Sequence record: PQ471460.1
Source: Escherichia phage vB_EcoM_JE01
DNA: 64,000 nucleotides
Strand: one strand, 5' to 3'
The notes under the pieces were generated by a model. It was given only the letters and a program-made list of their open reading frames with translations. It was not told the DNA's origin and searched no databases. Positions 9,298 to 20,343 of the stretch are shown in pieces. The translations under genes and the position numbers were made by a program. Position 1 is the stretch's first letter, and each line of letters starts with the position of its first letter.

Positions 9298-12200
9298 TTA
9301 TTCAACCCATTCAAATTTAACCGTTTTATTCACTGGGTCAGGAACAATGCGAACATTACCAATTCGTAAGAAATCACGAATAGTAAGATTACCCATTATA
9401 GCATTATCAGATGGTAAAGCACCAATATCAGATGGCTGAGGAGGGTTACCCCCATCAAATACCTGAACAAAACTTGACCAAGAGTTTTTGGTTTTCTGCC
9501 ATGTGCGCGTCCAGCGAGTGGTACGTGCTTCTGGCGTCGTTGGATAAGTAATCCAATCTTGGTAAAGCGAATCAAGTGTATTACCAAACTGAGTCAATGT
9601 ACCAGGAGATTTAACTTCTTCGCCACGTTCTAAGTATGGAAGTCCAGTCACTTCATTAGTTTTTTCAACCATTTTAAAATAACCCGGGAACTGGTTATAA
9701 GTGGCTGAATCGTTAATATCGATTGACCAGAATCCGACAGTATCAGATGTTGGTGCGCGGGTATATAAATCAGATGTTTTAGTGCCCTGAGAACGAATTC
9801 TCGAGTTAACAGTCAAACCGCCTGAATTTATAGTAGCACCTTTGGCAATAATTAAGCTTTCGCCAATCGTTACTTGGCCAGATGCATTATTAATAGCTAA
9901 AGGACGTAATCCATTAAATCCACCAGTCTGATCACCTGATGCAGTAAACATAAAATTCGTTACTGATCCATCATTGCGAACAATGAAACCATAATTTCCG
10001 TTAATAGCACGGAAAGCATTTGCACTTCGAGAAATAATTTCACCAGTTGCAGTGACTGAATTACCAAATGTTGCTACACCATTTGCATTCAATGTTCCTG
10101 AAGCATTAACATTTATAGGTGTTACTGTACCATTGATATTAAATGTTATATTTCCAGCTTTATTGCGCTGAGAATAAAAGTGATTAGACGTTTCATCACC
10201 AACTTCAAATACAGTCGAACGTGTTGTATCTGATTCCCCACTAAATTGATTACCCCACACTCTAATAGTCACCGTCTGTGCTTGGTTAGTTCCAGTTTGA
10301 GGTCCTTTCTCAAAAATCAGATGAGTTTCTGTTCCAGTATTAGAAATAGTTAGTACACTATTTGCCGAAACTGAACCACCAAACGTAGCAGTACTAGATG
10401 ATACAAGAGGGGCACTCAGATTCGTTTGTTGGGTTAAGGTTAGTGAACCATTAACCGTCTGCGCAATGTCCCTACGAATGAACTGAGATGAATCTAGACC
10501 ATCCAATAAATTACTATCTACAGCTTTTGCTTTTAATGGCAAATAATTTGCTAATACACGGTTTAATTCATATGGTGATACTGCATAACTATTTTTCTCA
10601 TACAGTTCTAAATCTTGGGTAGAACCGACTGTATCATTACCAACGAATGTAATTGAACCAGATGAAGTTTTAACAAAACCTCTTATCGCAGTAGTAGCTG
10701 CCCAGGTAGGTTCACTCTGCACAATCCATTTTAAATTTTTTGGAGATACAGCAGTATTTGCTGACGTTCCAGTCACAGTTTCAGACTGAGTTGCAACTTT
10801 AATAACACCTTCTTGTGCTTCAGTAGATTTAGTACCTAAAAGCTTTTTAGGAGTTATTAAAACATTATCTAATGTTCCTGTAGCAGCTTCGACTTGTGTA
10901 GCTACACGAAGTGTACCACGCTGTGTCTCATTTGCTTCAAGAATATTAAGGGTATAATGGTCCCAGAGAGTTCCTGATTCAACTAATCCAGATAGAGCAA
11001 CAACAGAAGTACGATCAGTACTATTAAATCTGGTTTTAATTTTTAATGGTGTAGAGATACGAGTATCGTCGACGCCTGCGTCGAATTCAACCTGTGTAGC
11101 AATTTCAGCTATACCACTTAAACTTTCAGTTGCTCTACGGTCATTTAAAGTTTTAGGAGTGACTGCACGAGTATAATCAGTTCCTGTATTAACTTCGCTT
11201 TGCGTAGCAATTTCAATTAAACCAATTCTTCCATCAGTTGATGTCTTTTTATGTAACGTTTCTGGCGTTACAACCGCATTTGCCCATCCTTCCTGACTTT
11301 GTCCAGCAATTACTTCACTTTCAACTGCTAAAATTACTGCACCTTGTTGGGTTGGAGTAGCTTTATACTGATCCAAAGCTTTAGGTGAAACAACTAAATT
11401 ATCAGTGTTTTTATTATAAACATTCGTACCATTTAATTCACGGCTAGAAGCTGGAGTAGCACCTGCAGTAGATACAAAGGTTACAATACCAGATAATGAT
11501 TCAGAACCTTGACGAGCTTGAAGCTTTTTAGGAGTGATGATTGTAGTATCATCGGTTCCTGCATTAGTTTCTTGCTGCGTAGCAATTTCAGCAACACCTC
11601 TGCGAGTTTCAGTAGCTGTTCTTTCATTCAGCTTTTTAGGAGTGATGATAATATCATCAGCAAAAGAGAATGTAGTATCCTGGTTAACTTGAGCAGTTGT
11701 TGCTATTCTTGCGATACCTCTACGAGTTTCTGTAGCAGTACGGTTAGCTAACGTTTCTGGAGTAATTGCCAATTCTTTTTGTGGAGAATTTTCTAAATCA
11801 GCATTAGCTTGAGCTTGTGTAGCTAAAGCAATTACGCCTAATCTTGCTCTAGTAGAATCATTTAAAGAATCTACTCTTTCTACGGTTGGAACGTTTTGCT
11901 GTACAACCCAATATTTTCCATCAGAATCTTCTATATAAGCAAGCTCCAAAACTGGAACATAATTAGTTTCACCGTTAAAAACTAATTCTTGAACTGTTAC
12001 CCATTCAGCTTCAGGCGGATATTCTGAGCGTTTTGGGAATTGCAACAATTGAACTGAAGAAGCAATTTTATCTTCACCTGCAGCTTTGATTTTAACTGTT
12101 TGTCCTTTTCTCATGTAATTCATGGAAATTTTGACAGTATCACCAACAGAAATATCAGTCGGAAGCTGAAGTTCAATTGTTTGGGTTGTTCCATTATTCG

Positions 12201-13167
12201 CGCCAAATACCATGACTTCTTCATTTGGACGAATATTAGAATTAGTTGTTATAATGCGTAAACGTGCTTTACTATCCCCGTCAAACAATCTCCACAATTT
12301 CTCATTATCATCAAACATCAAGAAACCGTCAATCGATGTACGGCCTTCAATGGAATGAGTTCCAACTTCTTGTACTGAAGTTGTTTCATCATATGTAGTA
12401 ACAATTGTGTGATAAAGAGGATTTAATTTATCCAAATCAACGAAATTAATAATATCGCCATGATTGGCAAATCTTGGAAGTTTAATATTAATTGCTGATG
12501 CAGAAGTAAATCTACGTACGATAAAATCGTTTGATTGCGCCTGATAGAGACTCGCAGGCGTTACAACTACAGCTTCTCTGCTATAATCAGCAACGTACAT
12601 TTGCCACAGACGATTACTAAAAATTAAAACTATCTGTGATTTTGGATGAGTCATTAGTACTGATCGTACTTGCTGACCTCTAAAATTTACAATGCTTTGT
12701 ACCGGAGCTGTAATTAAAACTTGATTAACTCCAGGTTTTCCTCCAATATCTTGGAGAACGATAGTATCACCGTCAATTGGGGTAGATGGTAAAGTAAATG
12801 TAATGTCATTACCAGCTGCAGTATCAACTGAAATTGATTCGCCTGATTTTAATTGATAAGGTCCTGATGAAACAGTTGTCCAGTTTGCATCAGTACGTAA
12901 TGCTCTCCAGCGTACGCTATTAAAAGCTCCTGCTGGTTTTGGAATATCATTTATAGCAGCCCAAAAGCGGTTATCATAAATGATTACAAAATCTTTTAAA
13001 TATCCACGAGTTGGATCGTATTGTTGAACTGTGTTTTCTTGAATTAAGTAATCAACGTTGACACCGTCAGTTCCTACGGTACGATCAGCTAAAGCTACGT
13101 TGATTATTTTATCGCCACCTGCGTCCAGACCGTCTTCTGCTCTGAACTTTCTTTTAATCTCGGCCAT
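9298..13167 (-). CDS. 34: gp34 long tail fibre proximal subunit
   Basis: 1289 aa, same length as T4 gp34. Confidence 0.9.
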   Translation of the reverse strand: MAEIKRKFRAEDGLDAGGDKIINVALADRTVGTDGVNVDYLIQENTVQQYDPTRGYLKDFVIIYDNRFWAAINDIPKPAGAFNSVRWRALRTDANWTTVSSGPYQLKSGESISVDTAAGNDITFTLPSTPIDGDTIVLQDIGGKPGVNQVLITAPVQSIVNFRGQQVRSVLMTHPKSQIVLIFSNRLWQMYVADYSREAVVVTPASLYQAQSNDFIVRRFTSASAINIKLPRFANHGDIINFVDLDKLNPLYHTIVTTYDETTSVQEVGTHSIEGRTSIDGFLMFDDNEKLWRLFDGDSKARLRIITTNSNIRPNEEVMVFGANNGTTQTIELQLPTDISVGDTVKISMNYMRKGQTVKIKAAGEDKIASSVQLLQFPKRSEYPPEAEWVTVQELVFNGETNYVPVLELAYIEDSDGKYWVVQQNVPTVERVDSLNDSTRARLGVIALATQAQANADLENSPQKELAITPETLANRTATETRRGIARIATTAQVNQDTTFSFADDIIITPKKLNERTATETRRGVAEIATQQETNAGTDDTTIITPKKLQARQGSESLSGIVTFVSTAGATPASSRELNGTNVYNKNTDNLVVSPKALDQYKATPTQQGAVILAVESEVIAGQSQEGWANAVVTPETLHKKTSTDGRIGLIEIATQSEVNTGTDYTRAVTPKTLNDRRATESLSGIAEIATQVEFDAGVDDTRISTPLKIKTRFNSTDRTSVVALSGLVESGTLWDHYTLNILEANETQRGTLRVATQVEAATGTLDNVLITPKKLLGTKSTEAQEGVIKVATQSETVTGTSANTAVSPKNLKWIVQSEPTWAATTAIRGFVKTSSGSITFVGNDTVGSTQDLELYEKNSYAVSPYELNRVLANYLPLKAKAVDSNLLDGLDSSQFIRRDIAQTVNGSLTLTQQTNLSAPLVSSSTATFGGSVSANSVLTISNTGTETHLIFEKGPQTGTNQAQTVTIRVWGNQFSGESDTTRSTVFEVGDETSNHFYSQRNKAGNITFNINGTVTPINVNASGTLNANGVATFGNSVTATGEIISRSANAFRAINGNYGFIVRNDGSVTNFMFTASGDQTGGFNGLRPLAINNASGQVTIGESLIIAKGATINSGGLTVNSRIRSQGTKTSDLYTRAPTSDTVGFWSIDINDSATYNQFPGYFKMVEKTNEVTGLPYLERGEEVKSPGTLTQFGNTLDSLYQDWITYPTTPEARTTRWTRTWQKTKNSWSSFVQVFDGGNPPQPSDIGALPSDNAIMGNLTIRDFLRIGNVRIVPDPVNKTVKFEWVE

Positions 13168-13201
13168 TCTCCCGGGCTCCTATTGTGTTTTCAATAATAA
13201 G

Positions 13202-13209
13202 TATTTATA
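13202..13209 (-). promoter_or_regulatory. late promoter TATAAATA for gene 34
   Basis: tatttata on + strand, upstream of the gene 34 start at 13167. Confidence 0.6.
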
Positions 13210-13213
13210 CTTG

Positions 13214-13242
13214 TTTACTTTAAGATTTGGATAGTATATAAT
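13214..13242 (+). promoter_or_regulatory. T4 early-type sigma70 promoter upstream of rnh
   Basis: GTTTAC -35, 17 nt spacer, TATAAT -10. Confidence 0.55.
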
Positions 13243-13271
13243 AGAAATCTCACTAATTGAACGAGGTTCAT

Positions 13272-14189
13272 ATGGATTTAGAAATGATGCTGGATGAAGA
13301 TTACAAAGAAGGAATTTGCTTAATTGACTTTAGTCAGATTGCGCTTTCAACTGCTTTAGTAAACTTTCCAGATAAAGAAAAAATTAATTTATCAATGGTT
13401 CGTCATTTGATATTGAACTCAATTAAGTTTAATGTCAAAAAAGCAAAAACTCTTGGATACACTAAAATTATACTGTGTATCGATAACGCGAAATCTGGAT
13501 ACTGGCGTCGTGATTTTGCTTATTATTATAAGAAAAACCGTGGAAAAGCACGAGAAGAATCTACTTGGGACTGGGAAGGTTATTTTGAATCCAGTCATAA
13601 AGTTATAGATGAATTGAAAGCTTATATGCCATACATTGTTATGGATATTGATAAGTATGAAGCAGATGACCACATTGCTGTTCTTGTTAAAAAATTCTCT
13701 TTAGAAGGACATAAGATTTTAATCATTTCGTCGGATGGTGACTTTACTCAACTTCATAAATACCCAAACGTTAAGCAATGGTCACCGATGCACAAGAAAT
13801 GGGTTAAAATTAAAAGCGGTTCTGCTGAAATTGACTGTATGACTAAAATCCTTAAAGGCGATAAAAAGGATAACGTTGCTTCAGTTAAAGTACGATCTGA
13901 CTTTTGGTTTACTAGAGTTGAAGGTGAACGAACTCCTTCAATGAAAACATCTGTTGTTGAAGCTATTGCTAATGACCGTGAGCAAGCTAAGGTGCTTCTC
14001 ACTGAATCTGAATATAATCGTTATAAAGAAAATTTAGTTCTAATTGATTTTGATTATATTCCTGATAATATTGCTTCAAACATTGTGAATTACTATAATT
14101 CATATAAATTACCACCGCGTGGCAAAATTTATTCATATTTTGTAAAAGCGGGTCTTTCTAAATTAACTAATAGCATTAATGAATTTTGA
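13272..14189 (+). CDS. rnh: RNase H (5'-3' exonuclease / flap endonuclease)
   Basis: MDLEMMLDEDYKEGICLIDFSQIALSTAL… matches T4 RNase H; 305 aa from second Met of the ORF. Confidence 0.92.
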   Translation: MDLEMMLDEDYKEGICLIDFSQIALSTALVNFPDKEKINLSMVRHLILNSIKFNVKKAKTLGYTKIILCIDNAKSGYWRRDFAYYYKKNRGKAREESTWDWEGYFESSHKVIDELKAYMPYIVMDIDKYEADDHIAVLVKKFSLEGHKILIISSDGDFTQLHKYPNVKQWSPMHKKWVKIKSGSAEIDCMTKILKGDKKDNVASVKVRSDFWFTRVEGERTPSMKTSVVEAIANDREQAKVLLTESEYNRYKENLVLIDFDYIPDNIASNIVNYYNSYKLPPRGKIYSYFVKAGLSKLTNSINEF

Positions 14190-14197
14190 GGTGAATA

Positions 14198-14467
14198 ATG
14201 GCTAAAAAAGAAATGGTTGAATTTGATGAAGCTATCCATGGCGAAGACTTGGCTAAATTTATTAAAGAAGCATCTGATCATAAACTGAAAATTTCCGGTT
14301 ATAATGAATTGATTAAAGATATTCGAATTCGTGCTAAAGATGAACTTGGCGTTGATGGAAAGATGTTTAATCGTTTATTAGCTTTGTATCATAAAGATAA
14401 CCGTGATGTGTTTGAAGCTGAAACTGAAGAGGTAGTTGAACTTTATGACACAGTTTTCTCTAAATGA
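14198..14467 (+). CDS. dsbA: DsbA dsDNA-binding late transcription enhancer
   Basis: 89 aa, position between rnh and 33. Confidence 0.8.
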   Translation: MAKKEMVEFDEAIHGEDLAKFIKEASDHKLKISGYNELIKDIRIRAKDELGVDGKMFNRLLALYHKDNRDVFEAETEEVVELYDTVFSK

Positions 14468-14783
14468 TATTCGTCCGGTCGATGAGACCGGTCTTTCAGA
14501 AAAAGAACTTTCAATTAAGAAAGAAAAGGATGAAATTGCAAAACTGCTTGATCGTCAAGAAAATGGATTTATTATTGAAAAAATGGTAGAAGAGTTTGGA
14601 ATGAGTTATCTTGAAGCTACAACAGCATTCTTGGAAGAAAATTCTATTCCTGAAACCCAATTTGCTAAATTTATTCCTTCGGGTATAATTGAAAAAATTC
14701 AGTCAGAAGCTATCGACGAAAATCTTTTACGTCCTTCTGTTGTTCGTTGTGAAAAAACTAATACATTAGATTTTCTACTATGA
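14445..14783 (+). CDS. 33: gp33 late transcription co-activator
   Basis: MTQFSLNDIRPVDETGLSEKELSIKKEKDE… matches T4 gp33 (112 aa). Confidence 0.9.
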   Translation: MTQFSLNDIRPVDETGLSEKELSIKKEKDEIAKLLDRQENGFIIEKMVEEFGMSYLEATTAFLEENSIPETQFAKFIPSGIIEKIQSEAIDENLLRPSVVRCEKTNTLDFLL

Positions 14784-15433
14784 TTAAACTCCGCATGCCT
14801 GCTGGTGGTGAAAGATACATTGATGGTAAATCAGTTTATAAATTATACTTAATGATAAAACAACATATGAATGGAAAGTATGATGTAATTAAGTATAATT
14901 GGTGCATGCGGGTGTCTGATGCCGCTTATCAAAAGCGAAGGGATAAGTATTTTTTCCAGAAGTTATCAGAAAAATATAAATTAAAGGAACTTGCTTTAAT
15001 CTTTATAAGCAATCTGGTTGCTAACCAGGATGCTTGGATTGGTGACATCTCTGACGCTGATGCACTTGTGTTTTATCGTGAATATATCGGACGCTTAAAG
15101 CAAATTAAATTTAAGTTTGAAGAAGATATTCGCAACATTTATTATTTTAGTAAAAAAGTTGAAGTTTCTGCTTTTAAAGAAATTTTTGAATATAATCCAA
15201 AAGTTCAATCAAGTTATATTTTTAAACTACTTCAATCGAATATAATTTCGTTTGAGACGTTTATCTTGCTTGATTCGTTTTTAAATATAATTGATAAACA
15301 TGATGAACAGACTGATAATTTAGTCTGGAATAATTATTCTATAAAGTTAAAGGCTTATAGAAAAATTTTAAATATTGATTCGCAGAAAGCCAAAAGTGTT
15401 TTTATTGAAACTGTGAAATCATGCAAGTATTAA
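14780..15433 (+). CDS. 59: gp59 helicase loader
   Basis: 217 aa, same length and position as T4 gp59. Confidence 0.88.
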   Translation: MIKLRMPAGGERYIDGKSVYKLYLMIKQHMNGKYDVIKYNWCMRVSDAAYQKRRDKYFFQKLSEKYKLKELALIFISNLVANQDAWIGDISDADALVFYREYIGRLKQIKFKFEEDIRNIYYFSKKVEVSAFKEIFEYNPKVQSSYIFKLLQSNIISFETFILLDSFLNIIDKHDEQTDNLVWNNYSIKLKAYRKILNIDSQKAKSVFIETVKSCKY

Positions 15434-15441
15434 TTGCTTAT

Positions 15442-15449
15442 TATAAATA
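15442..15449 (+). promoter_or_regulatory. late promoter TATAAATA upstream of gene 32
   Basis: exact TATAAATA about 90 nt upstream of the gene 32 ATG. Confidence 0.5.
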
Positions 15450-15532
15450 GATTATAATTATCTCACTGACCAGCTATGAGGTCATACATCGTCATAGCAC
15501 CAACTGTTAATTAAATTAAAAAGGAAATAAAA
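15450..15532 (+). promoter_or_regulatory. gene 32 autoregulatory translational operator (structured 5' leader plus AU-rich gp32 binding tract)
   Basis: leader ends …GUUAAUUAAAUUAAAAAGGAAAUAAAAAUG, the classic unstructured gp32-binding region. Confidence 0.65.
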
Positions 15533-16441
15533 ATGTTTAAACGTAAATCTACTGCTGAACTCGCTGCACAAATGGCTAAACTGGCTGGAAATAAAGGTGG
15601 TTTTTCTTCTGAAGATAAAGGCGAGTGGAAACTGAAACTCGATAATGCGGGTAACGGTCAAGCAGTAATTCGTTTTCTTCCGTCTAAAAATGATGAACAA
15701 GCACCATTCGCAATTCTTGTAAATCACGGTTTCAAGAAAAACGGTAAATGGTATATCGAAAATTGCTCATCTACCCACGGTGATTACGATTCTTGCCCAG
15801 TATGTCAGTACATCAGTAAAAATGATTTGTATAACACTGACAATAAAGAGTACGGTCTTGTTAAACGTAAAACTTCTTACTGGGCTAACATTCTTGTAGT
15901 AAAAGACCCAGCTGCTCCAGAAAATGAAGGTAAAGTATTTAAATATCGTTTCGGTAAGAAAATCTGGGATAAAATCAACGCAATGATTGCAGTTGATGTT
16001 GAAATGGGTGAAACCCCAGTTGATGTAACTTGTCCGTGGGAAGGTGCTAACTTTGTACTGAAAGTTAAACAAGTTTCTGGTTTTAGTAACTACGATGAAT
16101 CTAAATTCCTGAATCAATCTGCGATTCCAAACATTGATGATGAATCTTTCCAGAAAGAACTGTTCGAACAAATGGTTGACCTTTCTGAAATGACTTCTAA
16201 AGATAAATTCAAATCGTTTGAAGAACTGAGCACTAAGTTCAGTCAAGTTATGGGAACTGCTGCTATGGGTGGTGCCGCAGCAACTGCCGCTAAGAAAGCT
16301 GATAAAGTTGCTGATGATTTGGATGCATTCAATGTTGATGACTTCAAAACAAAAACTGAAGATGATTTTATGAGCTCAAGCTCTGGCAGTTCATCTAGTG
16401 CTGATGACACGGACCTGGATGACCTTTTGAATGACCTTTAA
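15533..16441 (+). CDS. 32: gp32 single-stranded DNA-binding protein
   Basis: [51 protein letters not shown]… near-identical to T4 gp32. Confidence 0.97.
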   Translation: MFKRKSTAELAAQMAKLAGNKGGFSSEDKGEWKLKLDNAGNGQAVIRFLPSKNDEQAPFAILVNHGFKKNGKWYIENCSSTHGDYDSCPVCQYISKNDLYNTDNKEYGLVKRKTSYWANILVVKDPAAPENEGKVFKYRFGKKIWDKINAMIAVDVEMGETPVDVTCPWEGANFVLKVKQVSGFSNYDESKFLNQSAIPNIDDESFQKELFEQMVDLSEMTSKDKFKSFEELSTKFSQVMGTAAMGGAAATAAKKADKVADDLDAFNVDDFKTKTEDDFMSSSSGSSSSADDTDLDDLLNDL

Positions 16442-16463
16442 TAGATTATATTACTAATTAATT

Positions 16464-16490
16464 GGGGACCCTAGAGGTCCCCTTTTTTAT
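16464..16490 (+). terminator. rho-independent terminator after gene 32
   Basis: GGGGACC-CTAGA-GGTCCCC followed by TTTTTTATTT. Confidence 0.8.
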
Positions 16491-16513
16491 TTCAAAATTT
16501 TTTTCACAAAACT

Positions 16514-16543
16514 GTTTACAACCAAAGCATACTGTGGTACTAT
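16514..16543 (+). promoter_or_regulatory. early-type promoter
   Basis: GTTTAC…18 nt…TACTAT. Confidence 0.5.
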
Positions 16544-16589
16544 ACAACTATCGGCAATACTGCTGATGATGATTAAAGAGGAAAATAAC

Positions 16590-16817
16590 ATGGCTAAAAT
16601 TGATATTGATGTTGTTGATTTTGAATATATTGAAGAAATTATTCGTAATCGTTATCCTGAACTCCGTATCATAAGCGCACTAAATGATCCTAATTGCAAT
16701 GTTTCAGTTGTTATTGAAGGTCCTTTAAATCGTCTTAAACAATTTATGGTTAATGAATATTGTGACGGTATGGATGCTGAAGATGTAGAATTTTACACAG
16801 GATTTATTGAGCAGTAA
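16590..16817 (+). CDS. hypothetical protein (frd.3-like position)
   Basis: ORF with AGAGGA SD before ATG at 16590. Confidence 0.5.
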   Translation: MAKIDIDVVDFEYIEEIIRNRYPELRIISALNDPNCNVSVVIEGPLNRLKQFMVNEYCDGMDAEDVEFYTGFIEQ

Positions 16818-16823
16818 TTATTA

Positions 16824-16841
16824 AGGGGCTATCAAGCCCCT
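16824..16841 (+). terminator. hairpin, possible terminator/attenuator
   Basis: AGGGGCT-atca-AGCCCCT. Confidence 0.4.
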
Positions 16842-16861
16842 ATTAAAATGAGGAAAACACA

Positions 16862-17227
16862 ATGTATATTGGTAGAAAATATGAACTTGTTCCAAGACTT
16901 ATTGATACATTTATTAATTATCGCCCGCGTTCTAATTCATCAATAGTTAAAATTATTCAAGAAAATGGCGGATGGTTTGAAGTTAAAGAAGCTTTCTTTG
17001 CTGATGGATTTAGAGTAATAAAACACATTGAATGCGCTAATGGAAAGCATTTTTACTTCAACGTCTGTGAAGACGAATTTCATTGTTTCCGCGAGTATAA
17101 AGAACTGACTTCTGAAGAAGATGAAGTCGAAGACAAGATTTCTGGCGTAACAAAAATTCACTGCATTGTAGACGAAAACAATGTAGATGAAATCATTGAA
17201 CTTTTGCGAAAAACTTTCAAAAAGTAG
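16862..17227 (+). CDS. hypothetical protein (frd.2-like position)
   Basis: 121 aa ORF. Confidence 0.5.
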   Translation: MYIGRKYELVPRLIDTFINYRPRSNSSIVKIIQENGGWFEVKEAFFADGFRVIKHIECANGKHFYFNVCEDEFHCFREYKELTSEEDEVEDKISGVTKIHCIVDENNVDEIIELLRKTFKK

Positions 17228-17256
17228 TTTACAGAAGGGTAGTAGTGTGATACTAT
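17227..17256 (+). promoter_or_regulatory. early-type promoter with inverted repeat bracketing the -10
   Basis: GTTTAC…TACTAT; GGGTA/TACCC inverted repeat around -10. Confidence 0.5.
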
Positions 17257-17281
17257 TACCCTATCAACTAAGGAGAATAAA

Positions 17282-17524
17282 ATGAGATTACAACGTCAGA
17301 GCATCAAAGATTCAGAAGTTAAAGGTAAATGGTATTTTAATATCATCGGTAAAGATTCTGAACTTGTTGAAAAAGCTGAACATCTTTTACGTGACATGGG
17401 GTGGGAAGATGAATGTGATGGATGCCCTCTTTATGAAGATGGAGAAAGCGCAGGATTCTGGATTTACCATTCTGACGTTGATCAGTTTAAAGCTGATTGG
17501 AAAATTGTGAAAAAGTCTATTTGA
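17282..17524 (+). CDS. hypothetical protein (frd.1-like position)
   Basis: 80 aa ORF with AGGAG SD. Confidence 0.5.
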   Translation: MRLQRQSIKDSEVKGKWYFNIIGKDSELVEKAEHLLRDMGWEDECDGCPLYEDGESAGFWIYHSDVDQFKADWKIVKKSI

Positions 17525-17534
17525 GGAAAATAAT

Positions 17535-17777
17535 ATGATTTTTGTATTTGAATTTATGAATGATGAATTCGATTATGCAATTTTTAACGCATTGCATAAT
17601 CCTGATTTAAATGAATTTAATGAAATGTTTTCTGACGCTTTGAGTATGTCAGAAGAATACTGCGGAGAATGTCAACGTGTTTGTGTGACAGTCTTTGAAA
17701 ACAAAGAAAAGACATATGAAGAATTATTCTTTGACGCTAATAAAGCCACTGAATGGTTTATTGAAAGGGGATTTTGA
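17535..17777 (+). CDS. hypothetical protein
   Basis: 80 aa ORF, Cys-containing (CGECQRVC). Confidence 0.5.
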   Translation: MIFVFEFMNDEFDYAIFNALHNPDLNEFNEMFSDALSMSEEYCGECQRVCVTVFENKEKTYEELFFDANKATEWFIERGF

Positions 17778-18365
<588 letters not shown>

Positions 18366-18385
18366 AATAACACGTGGCGGAAAAT

Positions 18386-18733
18386 ATGAGCTTTAATTAT
18401 TACCCTATTCTATTAGAAAAAGACGCGAAACAACCAAAATGGCAGGGTCCTCAGTTTATTAAAGGTGTCTATCAATTAGTAGTTCCTAAAGACAAAATTT
18501 ATAGCAGTTGTTTCACTGAATCCGCTTGCAGTATTTTTGGTAATAGTTCTCCGTATTGGAATTTTGATATAAAGCTGGATAGAAATATCGATATTTGGTT
18601 GAAAGCTATGGATATTGGCAATATCACGTTTGATGAGAATAATTATCATATTATTGGTCGTTTTTCCAAACGTGGTAAAGAATTATATTTCATGCCTGAA
18701 ATTGAAAGAAAATTTGACGCTAAACCGTATTGA
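18386..18733 (+). CDS. hypothetical protein encoded by an insertion between frd and td
   Basis: 115 aa from ATG 18386 (ORF track gives GTG start at 18374); no recognisable motif. Confidence 0.5.
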   Translation: MSFNYYPILLEKDAKQPKWQGPQFIKGVYQLVVPKDKIYSSCFTESACSIFGNSSPYWNFDIKLDRNIDIWLKAMDIGNITFDENNYHIIGRFSKRGKELYFMPEIERKFDAKPY

Positions 18734-18778
18734 TTATTTAGCTTCATAAAATGTATTATAATTTATATAAGGTACTAA

Positions 18779-19327
18779 ATGAAACAATACCAAGATTTAA
18801 TTAAAGACATTTTTGAAAATGGCTATGAAACCGATGACCGAACAGGCACAGGAACAATTGCTTTGTTCGGTACTAAATTACGCTGGGATTTAACTAAAGG
18901 TTTTCCTGCGGTAACAACTAAGAAGCTCGCCTGGAAAGCTTGCATTGCTGAGCTAATATGGTTTTTATCGGGAAGCACAAATGTCAATGATTTACGATTA
19001 ATTCAGCATGATTCATTAATTCAAGGCAAAACAGTCTGGGATGAAAATTACGAAAATCAAGCAAAAGATTTAGGATACCATAGCGGTGAACTTGGTCCAA
19101 TTTATGGAAAACAGTGGCGTGATTTTGGTGGTGTAGACCAAATTGTAGAAGTTATTGATCGTATTAAAAAACTACCAAATGATAGGCGTCAAATTGTTTC
19201 TGCGTGGAATCCAGCTGAACTTAAATATATGGCATTACCGCCTTGTCATATGTTCTATCAGTTTAATGTGCGTAATGGCTATTTGGATTTGCAGTGGTAT
19301 CAAAGAAGTGTAGATGTTTTCTTGGGT
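18779..19327 (+). CDS. td: thymidylate synthase, exon 1
   Basis: MKQYQDLIKDIFENGYETDDRTGTGTIALFG…QRSVDVFLG; exon ends at GGGT, the T4 td 5' splice site. Confidence 0.95.
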
Positions 19328-20343
19328 TAATTGAGGCCTGAGTATAAGGTGACTTATACTTGTAATCTATCTAAACGGGGAAACTCTCTAGTAGACAATC
19401 CCGTGCTAAATTGTAGGACCACCCTTTAATAAATACCTTTATATTTAAAGAGGTATTTATGAAAAGTGGAATTTATCAGATTAAAAATACTTTAAACAAT
19501 AAAGTATATGTAGGAAGTGCTAAAGATTTTGAAAAGAGATGGAAGAGGCATTTTAAAGACTTAGAAAAAGGATGCCATTCTTCTATAAAACTTCAAAGGT
19601 CTTTTAACAAACACGGTAATGTGTTTGAATGCTCTATTTTGGAAGAAATTCCATATGAGAAAGATTTGATTATTGAACGAGAAAATTTTTGGATTAAAGA
19701 GCTTAATTCTAAAATTAATGGATATAATATTGCTGATGCAACGTTTGGTGATACATATTCTGTGCATCCATTAAAAGAAGAAATTATTAAGAAACGTTCT
19801 GAAACTGTTAAAGCTAAGATGCTTAAGCTTGGAACTGATGGTCGGAAAGCTCTTTACGGTAAACCCGGAAGTAAAAACGGACGATGGAATCCAGAAAAAC
19901 ACAAATTTTGTAAGTGCGGTGTTCGTATACAAACTTCTGCTTATACTTGTAGTAAATGCAGAAATCGTTCAGGTGAAAATAATTCATTCTTTAATCATAA
20001 GCATTCAGACATAACTAAATCTAAAATATCAGAAAAGATGAAAGGTAAAAAGCCTAGTAATATTAAAAAGATTTCATGTGATGGGGTTATTTTTGAATGT
20101 GCAGCTGACGCAGCTAGACATTTTGAAATTTCATCCGGATTAGTTACTTACCGTGTAAAATCTGATAAGTGGAATTGGTTCTACATAAATGCCTAACGAC
20201 TATCCCTTTAGGGAGTAGGGTCAAGTGACTCGAAACGATAGACAACTTGCTTTAACAAGTTGGAGATATAGTCTGCTCTGTATGGTGACATGCAGCTGGA
20301 TATAATTCCGGGATAAGATTAACGACCTTATCTGAACATAATG
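19328..20343 (+). mobile_element. td group I self-splicing intron (1016 nt) carrying the I-TevI ORF
   Basis: starts TAATTGAGGCCTGAGTATAAGGTGACTTATACTTGTAATCTATCTAAACGGGGAA…, ends …CTGAACATAATG; removal fuses td exons in frame. Confidence 0.93.
19459..20196 (+). CDS. I-TevI GIY-YIG homing endonuclease (intron-encoded)
   Basis: 245 aa, MKSGIYQIKNTLNNKVYVGSAKDFEKRWKRH… GIY-YIG motif. Confidence 0.93.
   Translation: MKSGIYQIKNTLNNKVYVGSAKDFEKRWKRHFKDLEKGCHSSIKLQRSFNKHGNVFECSILEEIPYEKDLIIERENFWIKELNSKINGYNIADATFGDTYSVHPLKEEIIKKRSETVKAKMLKLGTDGRKALYGKPGSKNGRWNPEKHKFCKCGVRIQTSAYTCSKCRNRSGENNSFFNHKHSDITKSKISEKMKGKKPSNIKKISCDGVIFECAADAARHFEISSGLVTYRVKSDKWNWFYINA

Noticed and set aside
15482-15727. 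81-aa - strand ORF overlapping the gene 32 leader and 5' coding region
   Set aside because: Antisense to the very highly conserved gene 32; no promoter or SD.
16441-16590. Possible small RNA gene in the 32/frd.3 intergenic region
   Set aside because: Fully explained by the gene 32 terminator hairpin followed by an early promoter; no tRNA-like cloverleaf could be built.
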